64,000 nt of DNA from an uncultured bacterium (GCA_965662235.1 CBFIGY010000001.1:256942-320941); one strand, 5' to 3'. Positions 9,757-20,596 are shown, counted from the first letter of the stretch. Numbers and translations are program-made. The notes: a model not told the origin generated them from the sequence alone.

Positions 9757-10557
9757 ATGACGCCCATCGAATCCCTCAAGCTCATCATGGCCCAGCTCCG
9801 GGACCCGCAGACCGGGTGCCCCTGGGACCGCGAACAGACCTTTGCCTCCGTGGCGCCTTATACCATTGAAGAGGCCTATGAGGTCGCAGACGCCATCACG
9901 CGGCAGGACCTCTCTGCCCTTAAGGAGGAGCTGGGAGACCTGCTGCTGCAGGTGGTCTTTCACTCGCAAATGGCTGAAGAGTCCGGAGCATTCACCTTTG
10001 ACGAGGTCGCCGAGGCCGTTGCCCAGAAAATGGTGGTGCGGCATCCCCACGTGTTTGGTGAAGATGCCCCACGCGATCAGGAACGGCACAGCACCCGCTG
10101 GGAGGATCAAAAGGCTCAGGAACGCCTGAAGAAGGCTCAGGAACGCGGAGAGGCCCCCAGCCTGCTGGACGATGTGGCCCTCGCTCTGCCGGCGTTGATG
10201 CGAGCAGAGAAGCTCAGCAAACGGGTCGCTCGGGTAGGATTTGAGTGGGAGACGGTGGAAGCGGTGCTGGAGAAGCTGCAGGAAGAAGTCGACGAGCTCG
10301 CAGCAGCCCGGGCTGAAGGGGACCAAGCCGGCATTGAGGAAGAGGTCGGCGATTTGCTCTATACTGTTTCCAACCTAGCCCGAAAGCTGAAGGTGGATCC
10401 GGAGGTGGCCCTCCGGCAGACCAACGCCAAGTTTGAGCGCCGCTTTCGCTTCATTGAGCAGGCACTTCGGCAGCAGGAGCGGTCTCCTGAGGACGCCAGC
10501 CTGGAAGAAATGGAGCAGCTGTGGGAGCAAGCGAAGCAGCAAGAGCGCTCGTCCTAA
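9757..10557 (+). CDS. mazG: nucleoside triphosphate pyrophosphohydrolase MazG
   Basis: Tandem MazG EEAYE-type motifs (TIEEAYEVADAI ... EEEVGDLLY). 266 aa. Confidence 0.85.
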   Translation: MTPIESLKLIMAQLRDPQTGCPWDREQTFASVAPYTIEEAYEVADAITRQDLSALKEELGDLLLQVVFHSQMAEESGAFTFDEVAEAVAQKMVVRHPHVFGEDAPRDQERHSTRWEDQKAQERLKKAQERGEAPSLLDDVALALPALMRAEKLSKRVARVGFEWETVEAVLEKLQEEVDELAAARAEGDQAGIEEEVGDLLYTVSNLARKLKVDPEVALRQTNAKFERRFRFIEQALRQQERSPEDASLEEMEQLWEQAKQQERSS

Positions 10558-11509
10558 AGGCCCCGGGCCGATAGAACTTCCCCTGCCAAGAGTCTTCCGC
10601 CGCCAGCTGATCCTCAATGAACTGATGGGGTCGCATGCGCTCCCGGGTCCAGTCGGGCGCCACCAGTTCCTCCCACCGAGAGGCAACAGCGGTCAGGCGA
10701 TGCACCGCCACCTCGGGCGCCAGATGCTCCAGGAACACCTGCACGCGCCGGGCGTATTCCTCCAGCTCCAACGGCACAAACCCTCCAGCGTGATAAAGCT
10801 GCTCCAGCGGCGTCTTCCGGAGCACATGCAGGTTGTGGAGCTTCACCCCCTGCACCTTGAGATCAGAAAGCAGCTCTGCGGTGGCCCGGAGCTGAGCATC
10901 CGTTTCACCGGGAAGGCCCAGCATCAGATGAACGCACAGGTCGAGCTGAGGAATCTGCTGCAGCTTGTGGATTGCCTTCAGAGAGCTGGCACTGTCGTGG
11001 CCACGCGAGAGGAAGTCCAGCTGCGCGTCATCAAACGTCTGGGCGCCCAGCTCCACCGAAAGGTAGCGCTCTGCCGCAATGCGCTCAAACACCCGAAGCA
11101 CCGCTTTGGGCAAACAGTCCGGACGGGTGCCCACCACCAGACCCAGCACATCGGTTTCTGTCAGAGCCTGCTCATACAGCTGCTCCAGCTCCCGGACGCG
11201 ACCGAAAGTATTGGTGTAGGCCTGAAAGTAAACCAGGAACTTGTTGGCTTTGTACCGGCGACGAATCCGTTCCCGGTGCAGGTGAATCTGCTCCCGGAGG
11301 GGCTGCTCCCGTTGCTGATGGTAAGCCGCGGAGCCCCACTCGTCACAGAAGACGCACACCTTCATGCCTCCCAGGCCTTCACGGTTGGGACAGGTTTCGG
11401 CAATGGAGACGCTGACCTTGAACACCTTCTCTCCAAAGCGTTCAAGGTTCAGTTGACTGAGGGGACGGTAGCGTTTGGCGTGCAGGAACTCGGGGCGTGA
11501 ACCGCTCAT
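10451..11509 (-). CDS. TIGR01212-family radical SAM protein
   Basis: Start trimmed to ATG 11509 (MSGSRPEFLHAKRY...). Contains the cysteine cluster CPNREGLGGMKVCVFCDEWG. The C-terminal tail overlaps mazG convergently by ~107 nt. Confidence 0.75.
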   Translation of the reverse strand: MSGSRPEFLHAKRYRPLSQLNLERFGEKVFKVSVSIAETCPNREGLGGMKVCVFCDEWGSAAYHQQREQPLREQIHLHRERIRRRYKANKFLVYFQAYTNTFGRVRELEQLYEQALTETDVLGLVVGTRPDCLPKAVLRVFERIAAERYLSVELGAQTFDDAQLDFLSRGHDSASSLKAIHKLQQIPQLDLCVHLMLGLPGETDAQLRATAELLSDLKVQGVKLHNLHVLRKTPLEQLYHAGGFVPLELEEYARRVQVFLEHLAPEVAVHRLTAVASRWEELVAPDWTRERMRPHQFIEDQLAAEDSWQGKFYRPGAFRTSALAASLAPTAAPFLPGWRPQETAPAAEVPAQ

Positions 11510-12453
11510 TGAGCCGAAAGGGTACTGAGGAAATCCCGGTCCAGGGTCAACTGAACCAGCTTGGGCGGGTCCTTCTCCAGCGGAACCGACTTCCCATCTA
11601 AGGAAAGCAGCACCGAACGGGAGTTGCCGATGATGATCTGGAACCCGCTGTTGGCTTCCCACTCGAAGGTGTCGCTGGGGTCAAACTTGACGTCAATCGG
11701 CGTTTGGTCGTCCACAGCAATGCCCACCCAGGTTGGCTCAAGGGCTTCCACCTTGAGCAGCAACGGCAAAACCGGCGCCACGGCAGGAGCTTCAGCTTCT
11801 GGAGCCTCCGCTGCTGCAACAGTTTCCGGCTCTCCTGCAGGAGCTTCAGCTTCCGGAACCTCGGCCTCAGCAACCACTTCGGCTTCGGGCTCAGCAGTTT
11901 CTTCTACCGCAGCAGGGGCTTCTTCGACAGGAGCACCTTCCGGAGCCTCTGCAACGGAATCAGTAGGAGCTGCTTCTGCAGAGGCTTCCGGCGTCTCTGG
12001 CGCCTCAGGCTCGGTGGCCACGGTTTCGGGCTCAGGCGTGAAGGTGTTTTCCGGGAGGTAGAGGTACACAATGAGGGCCACTGCCAGCACAATTGCTCCG
12101 AGCGCCACCTTGGTCCAGACGTTGGCAGTGGCAGGCGGTTCCGAAATCCGGACGGCCTTGACCCGCTGCAGGGTGTGATTCGAATCCTTTTCGCCCAGCA
12201 ACCCGCTCAGGCGCTGCTGCAACGACTCGGTGTCCACACCAATGTAGTTGGCATAGGAACGCATGAAGCCCCGCATGAAGACCGGGCCTGGGGGAGAGTG
12301 AAAGTCTCCCTCTTCCAACGCCTTCAGCGAGTTGAGGTTCACGTGAATGGCCTCGGCCACTTCTGCAAGGTCAAGCTTTTGGGCCTCTCGGGCAGTCCGG
12401 AGGTCCTGTCCAATTTGCTGGAGACTATCCTCAACCGTTTCTGTTTCTTCCAT
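11506..12453 (-). CDS. rodZ: cytoskeleton protein RodZ-like (HTH, TM segment, acidic low-complexity linker, DUF4115)
   Basis: N-terminal XRE-type HTH (LRTAREAQKLDLAEVAEAIHVNLNSLKALEEG), TM segment LGAIVLAVALIVYLYL, an Ala/Glu/Pro-rich linker and a C-terminal DUF4115-like domain. ATGA overlap with the downstream radical SAM gene. Confidence 0.7.
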   Translation of the reverse strand: MEETETVEDSLQQIGQDLRTAREAQKLDLAEVAEAIHVNLNSLKALEEGDFHSPPGPVFMRGFMRSYANYIGVDTESLQQRLSGLLGEKDSNHTLQRVKAVRISEPPATANVWTKVALGAIVLAVALIVYLYLPENTFTPEPETVATEPEAPETPEASAEAAPTDSVAEAPEGAPVEEAPAAVEETAEPEAEVVAEAEVPEAEAPAGEPETVAAAEAPEAEAPAVAPVLPLLLKVEALEPTWVGIAVDDQTPIDVKFDPSDTFEWEANSGFQIIIGNSRSVLLSLDGKSVPLEKDPPKLVQLTLDRDFLSTLSAQ

Positions 12454-12456
12454 GAC

Positions 12457-12795
12457 TCATGTGGGGGAGTGAAGACGATAGCCTAGGCGTTCGCAAAAAA
12501 AACCAAACTGCTGGTCCGGAGCTTGGCTCTGGTGAAGAAGGTGCAGTGCCGCGCTGATGATGGGAGGCGGGTACTTGCGCAAGGTGTATCCGGATGCCTC
12601 CGGTCCCAATGCCTGCCGAACCAGGGGTAAAAAAGGCACCTCCGGAAGCGCCTCTTGCTGAAGCAGCGGAAAGAGCTCTTGGCAAATCCGATCATACTCA
12701 GCATCTGAAATCAGAGTCTCTCCTAATTGATAATACAGGAAGGAGTGAACGAGGTACTGTCGGATCAGACGCTGTAGAGAGGCGACTTGGGACAA
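12457..12795 (-). CDS. small protein resembling the N-terminal domain Ia of NAD-dependent DNA ligase LigA
   Basis: 112-aa ORF with a TTG start. LQRLIRQYLVHSFLYYQLGETLISDAEYDRICQEL matches the LigA Ia signature (L..LI..Y...YY......ISDAEYDRL..EL) by eye. Sits immediately upstream of rodZ on the same strand. Confidence 0.4.
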   Translation of the reverse strand: MSQVASLQRLIRQYLVHSFLYYQLGETLISDAEYDRICQELFPLLQQEALPEVPFLPLVRQALGPEASGYTLRKYPPPIISAALHLLHQSQAPDQQFGFFCERLGYRLHSPT

Positions 12796-12898
12796 AAGGA
12801 GGTGGTAAAAGAAAAAGTAGACGGAAAGCAGGCGAACCGATATGCTTCCAAGCTAGAATTACCCCATAATTTCGCAAGGCTTTTCCTCGTTTTTGTCC

Positions 12899-13771
12899 AT
12901 GGGTGTTTCGCTCTCCAAGCTGGTCCGCTGGACTCGGCGCTGCCAAAAGAAACAGCTTCATCACTTTCTTCCCTTTGTTGTCGCGGGTGAAACGGTCGGT
13001 TGGATCCCCAAGGCACACCTCCGTCGCTTCTGGGAACACCCTCAGACCTTTCAGGTGCAAGAAGATGCGGTGGCTTTGGCTCCGGAGCTGAATCAGCCCG
13101 AGCAGCGGTCTCAAGCGGTTGCTGCAGTTTTGCAAGAATGGCGAGAGCGAGCGTGGATTCCCGGATGGCGGGAGGAGCCGTATCGGGTTTCAACAGCTTT
13201 TGATGCTCCGCCGCTGCTGCAGATTGAACGAGCGGCCGCGGCCCTTTTCGGCGTCTGCAGTTACGGCGTGCACTTCAACGGTTTTGTCCGGAAGCCAGAG
13301 GGCCTCTACCTCTGGATTGCACGGCGTGCCCAGGATCGGCCTCAGTACCCCGGGTTGCTGGACCATGTGGTTGCCGGAGGACTGACGGCAGGCCAGAGCG
13401 CCCGAGAAGTCGCGCTGCGTGAGTGCTGGGAAGAAGCAGGCATTCCTCTGGAACTGGCTGAACGTTCGCAGCCAACCGGGTTTGTGTCGCTCTTCATGGA
13501 CCACAACGGGCTCATCAAACGGGACCTGCTCTTTACCTTCGACCTGGAACTGCCTCCTGATTTTACCCCTCATAACACCGACGGCGAGGTCGAGTCCTTC
13601 CAGCTGCTTCCGGCAGAGGAAGTCCTCCAGCGGGTCGCTGAGACCGATGACATCAAACTCAACTGCAACCTCGTCCTGATCGATTTCTTTGTCCGTCACG
13701 GGCTCTTGGACCCCGATGCGCCGCTCTACTCGGAGCTGGTGCTGGGGCTGAGGAACCCGGACTGCCGCTAA
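12899..13771 (+). CDS. NUDIX hydrolase with N-terminal DUF4743-like domain
   Basis: Nudix box GGLTAGQSAREVALRECWEEAGI. ATG at 12899 (the ORF-track TTG is at 12893). Confidence 0.75.
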   Translation: MGVSLSKLVRWTRRCQKKQLHHFLPFVVAGETVGWIPKAHLRRFWEHPQTFQVQEDAVALAPELNQPEQRSQAVAAVLQEWRERAWIPGWREEPYRVSTAFDAPPLLQIERAAAALFGVCSYGVHFNGFVRKPEGLYLWIARRAQDRPQYPGLLDHVVAGGLTAGQSAREVALRECWEEAGIPLELAERSQPTGFVSLFMDHNGLIKRDLLFTFDLELPPDFTPHNTDGEVESFQLLPAEEVLQRVAETDDIKLNCNLVLIDFFVRHGLLDPDAPLYSELVLGLRNPDCR

Positions 13772-14632
<861 letters not shown>

Positions 14633-14643
14633 GACCACTTCCT

Positions 14644-14666
14644 GGGGCCCTTCCGGCCTCTTTTGA
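14644..14666 (+). terminator. possible rho-independent terminator after kdsA
   Basis: Imperfect GC hairpin GGGGCC-cttcc-GGCCtC followed by TTTTG, 12 nt after the kdsA stop codon. Confidence 0.3.
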
Positions 14667-14723
14667 AACGGTGTAGGCCCCATCCTGTTTCTTGCCTACG
14701 CCACGACTTTTAGGAGACGAACC

Positions 14724-15509
14724 ATGTGCCGTTGGTTGGCGTACACAGGGGTCCCGGTTTACCTGGAGACCATGCTTTACGAGCCCGAGAACTCCCTCAT
14801 TGAGCAGAGCCTTCATGCCCGAGAAGGCAAAACAGCGGTCAACGCCGACGGCTTTGGCATTGGCTGGTACACGGAACGGAGCACCCCAGGCGTCTACCGG
14901 GAGGTGCTGCCTGCGTGGAGTGACAGCAACCTCCGGAACCTTTCGGCGCACATTGAGTCTGGGATGTTCCTAGCGCACGTCCGCGCCGCCACCCACGCCG
15001 AGACATCCCGAGTCAACTGCCACCCCTTCACCCACGAGCGGTGGTTGTTCATGCACAACGGACAGATTGGCAACTACGCCCACATCCGCTGGAAGCTGGA
15101 CCGCCTCATTCCAGAGCACCTCTACCCCATCCGGCACGGTGCCACCGACAGCGAGCTCCTGTTCTGTCTGCTCTTTGCCAACGGATTGGAGGAACACCCG
15201 GAAGAAGCGCTCCGGAAGACCCTGGCGCAGGTGATTGAGGTCATGGAGGCTTCTGAAACCCAGGAACCCTTCCGCTTGACGGCTGCTCTCAGCAACGGAG
15301 AGACCCTTTACGCGGTCCGTTTCTCTACCGATGACAAGCCACCGTCTCTCTACTGGCAACAGGGAGAGCAGCACGTGATGGTTTCTTCGGAACCCCTAGA
15401 GGTTGAGACGCCCAACCGGTCCTGCTGCTGGGAGCCTGTTTCCTCAAATCAGCTGCTGACGGTGCATCAGGGCACCGTCACGCACCAGCAGTTCTCTCCC
15501 TCACTTTGA
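14724..15509 (+). CDS. class II (Ntn-type) glutamine amidotransferase domain protein
   Basis: MCRWLAYTG with the N-terminal Cys nucleophile immediately after Met. YafJ/EgtC-like 261 aa. AGGAG Shine-Dalgarno upstream. Confidence 0.7.
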   Translation: MCRWLAYTGVPVYLETMLYEPENSLIEQSLHAREGKTAVNADGFGIGWYTERSTPGVYREVLPAWSDSNLRNLSAHIESGMFLAHVRAATHAETSRVNCHPFTHERWLFMHNGQIGNYAHIRWKLDRLIPEHLYPIRHGATDSELLFCLLFANGLEEHPEEALRKTLAQVIEVMEASETQEPFRLTAALSNGETLYAVRFSTDDKPPSLYWQQGEQHVMVSSEPLEVETPNRSCCWEPVSSNQLLTVHQGTVTHQQFSPSL

Positions 15510-15539
15510 TTTCACCTATGACTGATCAAGAGGTTTCCT

Positions 15540-16475
15540 ATGAGCTTTCATCATTGGCTGGACCGTTCTGAAGAGGTACAGGCCGCCCAGGCATCCGGAA
15601 CACCGGTGGTTGCCCTAGAATCAACCATCATCTCACACGGCATGCCTTATCCGCAGAACCTGGAAACCGCCCACTCCGTAGAAGCCATCATCCGGGAAGA
15701 AGGGGCTGTGCCAGCGACCATTGCGGTCATCGACGGACGCCTGAAGGTGGGACTTTCCGACACGGAGCTGGAGCAGTTTGCTCAGAACCAGCAGATTGCC
15801 AAGGCGAGCCGGCGAGACCTACCGGTTCTGCTGGCCCAGAAGCGGAGCGGCGGCACAACGGTGGCCGCCACCATGATCTGTGCTCACATGGCTCAGATTC
15901 CGGTGTTTGTGACCGGTGGCATCGGAGGGGTGCACCGGGAGATTGAAAAGACCCTCGACATCTCGGCAGACCTCGCTGAGTTGGCACACACCGATGTGGC
16001 GGTTGTCTGCGCCGGCATCAAGTCCATCCTCGATATCCCCAAGACGCTGGAATTTCTGGAGACGCAGGGCGTGCCCGTGATCGGCTTCCGGACACGAGAA
16101 TTCCCGTCCTTCTACACGCCTTCGAGTGGCTGCCGCTCTCAGGTCCGGATGGATTCAGCAGATGAGATTGCAGAGTGCATGCAGATTAAGTGGGAGCTGG
16201 GCCTGAAGGGAGGGCTTGTGATTGGAAATCCGGTGCCGCCAGAAGATGCCATGGACGAGTCCCAAATTCAGCAGGCGATCTTGGAGTCGCTCAGTGAGGC
16301 GCAGAGTCAGCACATTGCAGGCAAGGAGGTGACGCCCTTCCTGCTGGAGCGCGTCAACCAACGGACGCAGGGACGAAGCCTGGCCAGCAACATTGCACTC
16401 ATCCGCAACAACGCCCGCCTGGGCGCCCGGATTGCGGTCGCGTACCAGCGTCTCAAGGCTGCAGCACCCGCATGA
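15540..16475 (+). CDS. psuG: pseudouridine-5'-phosphate glycosidase
   Basis: Indigoidine synthase A-like family ([18 protein letters not shown]..., GGIGGVHR). Confidence 0.85.
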   Translation: MSFHHWLDRSEEVQAAQASGTPVVALESTIISHGMPYPQNLETAHSVEAIIREEGAVPATIAVIDGRLKVGLSDTELEQFAQNQQIAKASRRDLPVLLAQKRSGGTTVAATMICAHMAQIPVFVTGGIGGVHREIEKTLDISADLAELAHTDVAVVCAGIKSILDIPKTLEFLETQGVPVIGFRTREFPSFYTPSSGCRSQVRMDSADEIAECMQIKWELGLKGGLVIGNPVPPEDAMDESQIQQAILESLSEAQSQHIAGKEVTPFLLERVNQRTQGRSLASNIALIRNNARLGARIAVAYQRLKAAAPA

Positions 16476-17206
16476 GCACCCCGCGTTCAGAGTTCTGGGC
16501 AGGAGTCCGAGACTCCTTTCCACTGGTGCTCGGGGCCGTTCCGTTTGGAATCATCTTTGGAACCCTTGCTGAAAGCGGAGGCCTGTCCTTTGGGGCTGCA
16601 CTGGCGTTTTCAGCAATCGTCTTTGCCGGGTCGGCTCAGTTCATTGCGCTCGGAATGGTCACCGCCGGAGCCGCATGGCCGATGGTGGTGCTGACCACCT
16701 TTGTCGTCAACTTCCGGCACCTGCTCTACTCCACCTCCCTTCTCCCATTTGTCCGCAAGCTTCCACAACGCTGGCGGGTGCCGCTCGCCTTCTGGCTGAC
16801 TGATGAGACCTTCGCCGTGGCCATCCGGCGGTACCACGAGCCAGACTCTGCAGAGCACAAGCACTGGTACTACCTGGGCTCCTGCGTGTTCATGTACCTC
16901 AACTGGCAGGCCTGCACCCTGCTCGGCCTCTTCTTCGGACGCACCCTCCCGGGCCTAGAGAAGTGGGGGCTCGATTTTGCGATGTCGGCCACCTTCATCG
17001 GAATCGTGGTTCCGTACCTCAAGAGCCGTCCCATGGTCGCCGCTGCTGCTGTTTCCGGAGGCATGGGACTGGTGCTCCACGACCTTCCCAACAAACTTGG
17101 GCTGATTCTGGCGACCTTTGCAGGAGTGGCAACTGGATACGTGCTGGAGCAGTGGCTGGCCGCTCGGAAGCCCACCCTTCCGGCACTGGAGCAGGAGGGA
17201 ACATGA
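16472..17206 (+). CDS. azlC: AzlC-family branched-chain amino acid exporter subunit
   Basis: Multi-TM 244-aa protein resembling AzlC. ATGA overlap with psuG upstream and with azlD downstream. Confidence 0.8.
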   Translation: MSTPRSEFWAGVRDSFPLVLGAVPFGIIFGTLAESGGLSFGAALAFSAIVFAGSAQFIALGMVTAGAAWPMVVLTTFVVNFRHLLYSTSLLPFVRKLPQRWRVPLAFWLTDETFAVAIRRYHEPDSAEHKHWYYLGSCVFMYLNWQACTLLGLFFGRTLPGLEKWGLDFAMSATFIGIVVPYLKSRPMVAAAAVSGGMGLVLHDLPNKLGLILATFAGVATGYVLEQWLAARKPTLPALEQEGT

Positions 17207-17520
17207 CAGAGGTCTGGATGGTGACCGGAATGTTCCTGGCCACCTTTTTGATCCGCTACCTGCCCTATGGCATTGCAGACGCCCTCCGGCTTCCAGAATC
17301 TCTGGAGCGAGCGTTACGCTACATTCCTCCAGCGGTGCTGATGGCGATTGTCGCGCCGGCGGTGCTCATTCCAGACGGGCAGCAGGTACAGCTGGACTGG
17401 CACAACCCCTACCTGATCGGAGCCGGAGTGGCGTTTTTGGTCGGATGGTGGCGCAATCACCTGCTGCTGACCATCCTTTCGGCAATGCTGGCGTTCTTTG
17501 CCTGGCAGGCCCTCTTCTGA
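17203..17520 (+). CDS. azlD: AzlD-family branched-chain amino acid transport protein
   Basis: Start trimmed to ATG 17203 ([22 protein letters not shown]...). ~105-aa small hydrophobic partner of AzlC. Confidence 0.7.
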   Translation: MTEVWMVTGMFLATFLIRYLPYGIADALRLPESLERALRYIPPAVLMAIVAPAVLIPDGQQVQLDWHNPYLIGAGVAFLVGWWRNHLLLTILSAMLAFFAWQALF

Positions 17521-17589
17521 GCATTGCACCCGCCTCCTGTTTCCGCTATCGTTGCGTCACCTCATACCGTTCCCCTCAACAAGGCTGTC

Positions 17590-20577
17590 ATGACGTTAGA
17601 CGAATGGATCCACACCCTTCCGCTCCCTGCTTCTGAAGCATTCTGGAAGGAACAGCTGGCAGCAGGATCGCTGCCGTTTTCCTGTGACTTCCCTGAGCCA
17701 ACCGCAGCGCTTCTGGCCCAGCTGGAAGCCCTTCCTGGCTACGCCTCAGATGCGGAACGGCTCCGGAACGTCCTCTTTCGCTCCGGACACCTGGAAACAG
17801 CGGTGCGTCAGCTGCTTAGCTTTCTGGAGGCTTATGAACAGCACCTCGGGCATCCGTTTGATTGGAGCCAGCCTCATTCAGACGCCTTGATGACGGTATT
17901 TGGGAGCAGTGATTTTTTATCTCGACGCCTCGCCCGCAGTCCGGAATGGGCCGACGCGCTCTTGCAGTCGCCTTACCTGAAGCAGGAGAAATCCCTGGCG
18001 GTCATGCGGAGTGAACTGGAAGCTCGCCTGCCAGCAGCGCTGACGCTTCCCAACCTGAAGGAGTGCCTCCGGACGTACAAGTATGAGGAGTACCTCCGCA
18101 TCACCGTCCGGGACCTTGGGAAACTGGGACAATTTGAAGAAACCCTCCGGGAGCTGTCGTCGATTGCAACCGCAACGCTGCAGGTGGCCTTTTCCGGAGT
18201 GTTGCAGCTGGAGCAGTATTCCGCAGACGTCATGCCGTTTATGGTGCTCGGCATGGGGAAGCTCGGAGGAAACGAGCTGAACTACTCCTCCGACATTGAC
18301 CTCATCTTTGTCCATGATGATGAAGCCCTCACTGGAGATCCGGACCAAGACGCCCTGCTGCGTCCCAAACTGGCGCGCAGGCTGATGGAGGTGCTCCGGG
18401 AGACCACGGCCGATGGCTTTGTCGCACGGGTTGACATGCGCTTGCGTCCCGGAGGAGATGCCGGACCCCTGGTGCAGGCGCTGGACGCAATTGAAAACTA
18501 CTATGCTGCCCAAGGAGAGCTGTGGGAACGGCAGATGCTCATCAAGGCTCGCTGCGTTGCCGGTTCTCAGGAGCTTGGAGAGCAGTTCCGGAAGATGGTG
18601 GCGCCCTTTGTTTTCAGCAAGCTGCTGGATGAACGGGTTCTGCGGGAAGTCGAACGCGTCAAGGGACGCATTGAAGAAGAGCACCTGCGGGAAGACCACC
18701 TGAACGTCAAGCTCGGGGTGGGTGGCATCCGGGAGATCGAGTTCTTTGTCCAGACCTTTCAGTTGCTGTATGGAGGCGGGCGCCCAGAGCTTCGCCTTTA
18801 TGGCACCCTGGAAACCCTGGAGGCACTGGACCGGCTTCACCTGGTGCCTGCGGCAGATGTGCAGATCCTTCGAGACGCCTACCTCTACCTGCGACGCTTA
18901 GAGCACGCGCTTCAGCTTCGAGAGGAGCACCAGACGCACCTCATTCCCGCAGAACCGGAACAGCAACGCGTCATTGCCCGCATCATGGGGTTTGACGACT
19001 TCTCTCTGGAACAGGCTCGGCAGCGGTTGCTTCAGCACACCCAAGACGTCATGGCTCGTGTCCGGGCCATCTTTGGAGGTCTGTTCAGCCAGCGGCATGT
19101 TGAAATTGAAGCGGCCATCCGGAGCAGCACCCACATCCGGAACTTTCAGGAACACGAGTCCCAGCTCATTGAGTCACTTGCTCGGCAGCTGGTGCCGCTA
19201 TTTGACGCCCAGCACAAGCCCCTTCCGGAGCACAACACCCGACTCATGGACCGTTCGGTGCTGGAGCGACGCTTTCAGCTGCTCTTTGACCGCATTGGCG
19301 CCAAGCTGCACCACTACCAGACGCTGCTGTCGCACCCTTCCGGACTGTCGCGCATGGCCCGGATTGCTGAAACCAGCGAGATGCTCTGGAACTACCTCAT
19401 CAACCACCTTGAGCTGCTGGAGCAACTGGACTCACCGGTGGCCCTCAAGCGAGACGACTGGGCGGAGCAGCTTGGAAACGGACTGGAAGCATTGGAAGAC
19501 GAGGAAGACAAGATCGACTTCCTCCGGCAGTTCAAGCACATGCACACCTTCCTCATCGGCAGCGCCGAGCTGGAGGGCCTTCTGCCCTACGAGGAAGCTC
19601 GCCGGAGCCTTACCGCGCTGGCTGAGGTCATTCTGCAAAAAGCCCTTGGCCTGACCATTGAATTCCTGGCACCCCGCTACGGCGCCCTAGAACCCACGGG
19701 CGACGACCCGGTTCAGTTCACCATCATCGGCATGGGGAAACTCGGGGGGCACGAGCTGACGTATCACTCCGACCTGGACCTGATCTTCATCTACAACGGC
19801 GCTGGAATCACCAACGGCAAGCTCGAGGTGGGAGCCCAGGAATACTGGGTGAAGCTGGTGCAGCGCCTCATTTCCGTTCTCGGCACCATGACGCGGACCG
19901 GGTACGCCTACAAGCTTGACACCCGCCTCCGTCCCTCCGGAAACGCCGGGGTGCTCGTGACCCCGCTTCAGGCGTACACACGCTACCACGAGAGCTCTCA
20001 GCCGTGGGAACATCAGGCCCTGATCAAGGGACGCCCGGTCGGAGGAATCGGAGGCCTTGCGTGGGATGAGGAGGTCCAGGGCTTGCTGGAAAAGGCTGTT
20101 TACGACTGGGAGCTTCCTGAAGGGCTCCGGGAGCAGATCAACCACCTGCGCCTCCGCAAGGAGAATGAACTTTCAGGAGAAACCCGCACCCGCCGCAACC
20201 TCAAGGAAGGACGGGGTGGGCTGCTGGACATTGAGTTTCTGGTGCAGTACCTCCAGTTGCTCCATGGAAAGCACCACCCGGAGCTCCGGACCCCTGAGAC
20301 GCTGGAAGCCCTGAGTACCCTTGGGCAACTGGGCATTCTGACCGTCGATGAAGCGCAGGCGCTGGCCCGGGGCTACCGATTGCTGCGACTCGTCGAGAAT
20401 GTCCTGCGTTTGCTGTATGATGAGTCCACCAACACCCTCAACCTGGAGCAGCTGCCAGAGGACGTCCTCCTCCCCATGCTCCGGCGTCAGGGGTACGAGA
20501 CCCAGAACCTGCCTCAGCTGTTACTGGATTCTACTGAAACCATCCGCTCCCTCTACGAGCGCGTCATGATCGCCTAA
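17590..20577 (+). CDS. glnE: bifunctional glutamine synthetase adenylyltransferase / adenylyl-removing enzyme
   Basis: Two GlnE nucleotidyltransferase domains (LGMGKLGGNELNYSSDIDLIFV and IGMGKLGGHELTYHSDLDLIFI). Start trimmed to ATG 17590 (MTLDEW); the ORF-track start at 17524 is TTG. Confidence 0.9.
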   Translation: MTLDEWIHTLPLPASEAFWKEQLAAGSLPFSCDFPEPTAALLAQLEALPGYASDAERLRNVLFRSGHLETAVRQLLSFLEAYEQHLGHPFDWSQPHSDALMTVFGSSDFLSRRLARSPEWADALLQSPYLKQEKSLAVMRSELEARLPAALTLPNLKECLRTYKYEEYLRITVRDLGKLGQFEETLRELSSIATATLQVAFSGVLQLEQYSADVMPFMVLGMGKLGGNELNYSSDIDLIFVHDDEALTGDPDQDALLRPKLARRLMEVLRETTADGFVARVDMRLRPGGDAGPLVQALDAIENYYAAQGELWERQMLIKARCVAGSQELGEQFRKMVAPFVFSKLLDERVLREVERVKGRIEEEHLREDHLNVKLGVGGIREIEFFVQTFQLLYGGGRPELRLYGTLETLEALDRLHLVPAADVQILRDAYLYLRRLEHALQLREEHQTHLIPAEPEQQRVIARIMGFDDFSLEQARQRLLQHTQDVMARVRAIFGGLFSQRHVEIEAAIRSSTHIRNFQEHESQLIESLARQLVPLFDAQHKPLPEHNTRLMDRSVLERRFQLLFDRIGAKLHHYQTLLSHPSGLSRMARIAETSEMLWNYLINHLELLEQLDSPVALKRDDWAEQLGNGLEALEDEEDKIDFLRQFKHMHTFLIGSAELEGLLPYEEARRSLTALAEVILQKALGLTIEFLAPRYGALEPTGDDPVQFTIIGMGKLGGHELTYHSDLDLIFIYNGAGITNGKLEVGAQEYWVKLVQRLISVLGTMTRTGYAYKLDTRLRPSGNAGVLVTPLQAYTRYHESSQPWEHQALIKGRPVGGIGGLAWDEEVQGLLEKAVYDWELPEGLREQINHLRLRKENELSGETRTRRNLKEGRGGLLDIEFLVQYLQLLHGKHHPELRTPETLEALSTLGQLGILTVDEAQALARGYRLLRLVENVLRLLYDESTNTLNLEQLPEDVLLPMLRRQGYETQNLPQLLLDSTETIRSLYERVMIA

Positions 20578-20596
20578 CGTCTCCACTGCCTCCACC

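Noticed and set aside
10433-11500. Long ORFs antisense to, or in alternative frames of, clearly assignable genes (e.g. 10433..11500 +, 23214..24248 +, 46058..47071 +, 51792..53105 +, 45..605 -)
   Set aside because: In a ~60% GC genome, stop-poor shadow frames are expected. Each of these overlaps a gene with strong family-level similarity and shows low-complexity Arg/Pro/Gly-rich translation typical of non-coding frames.
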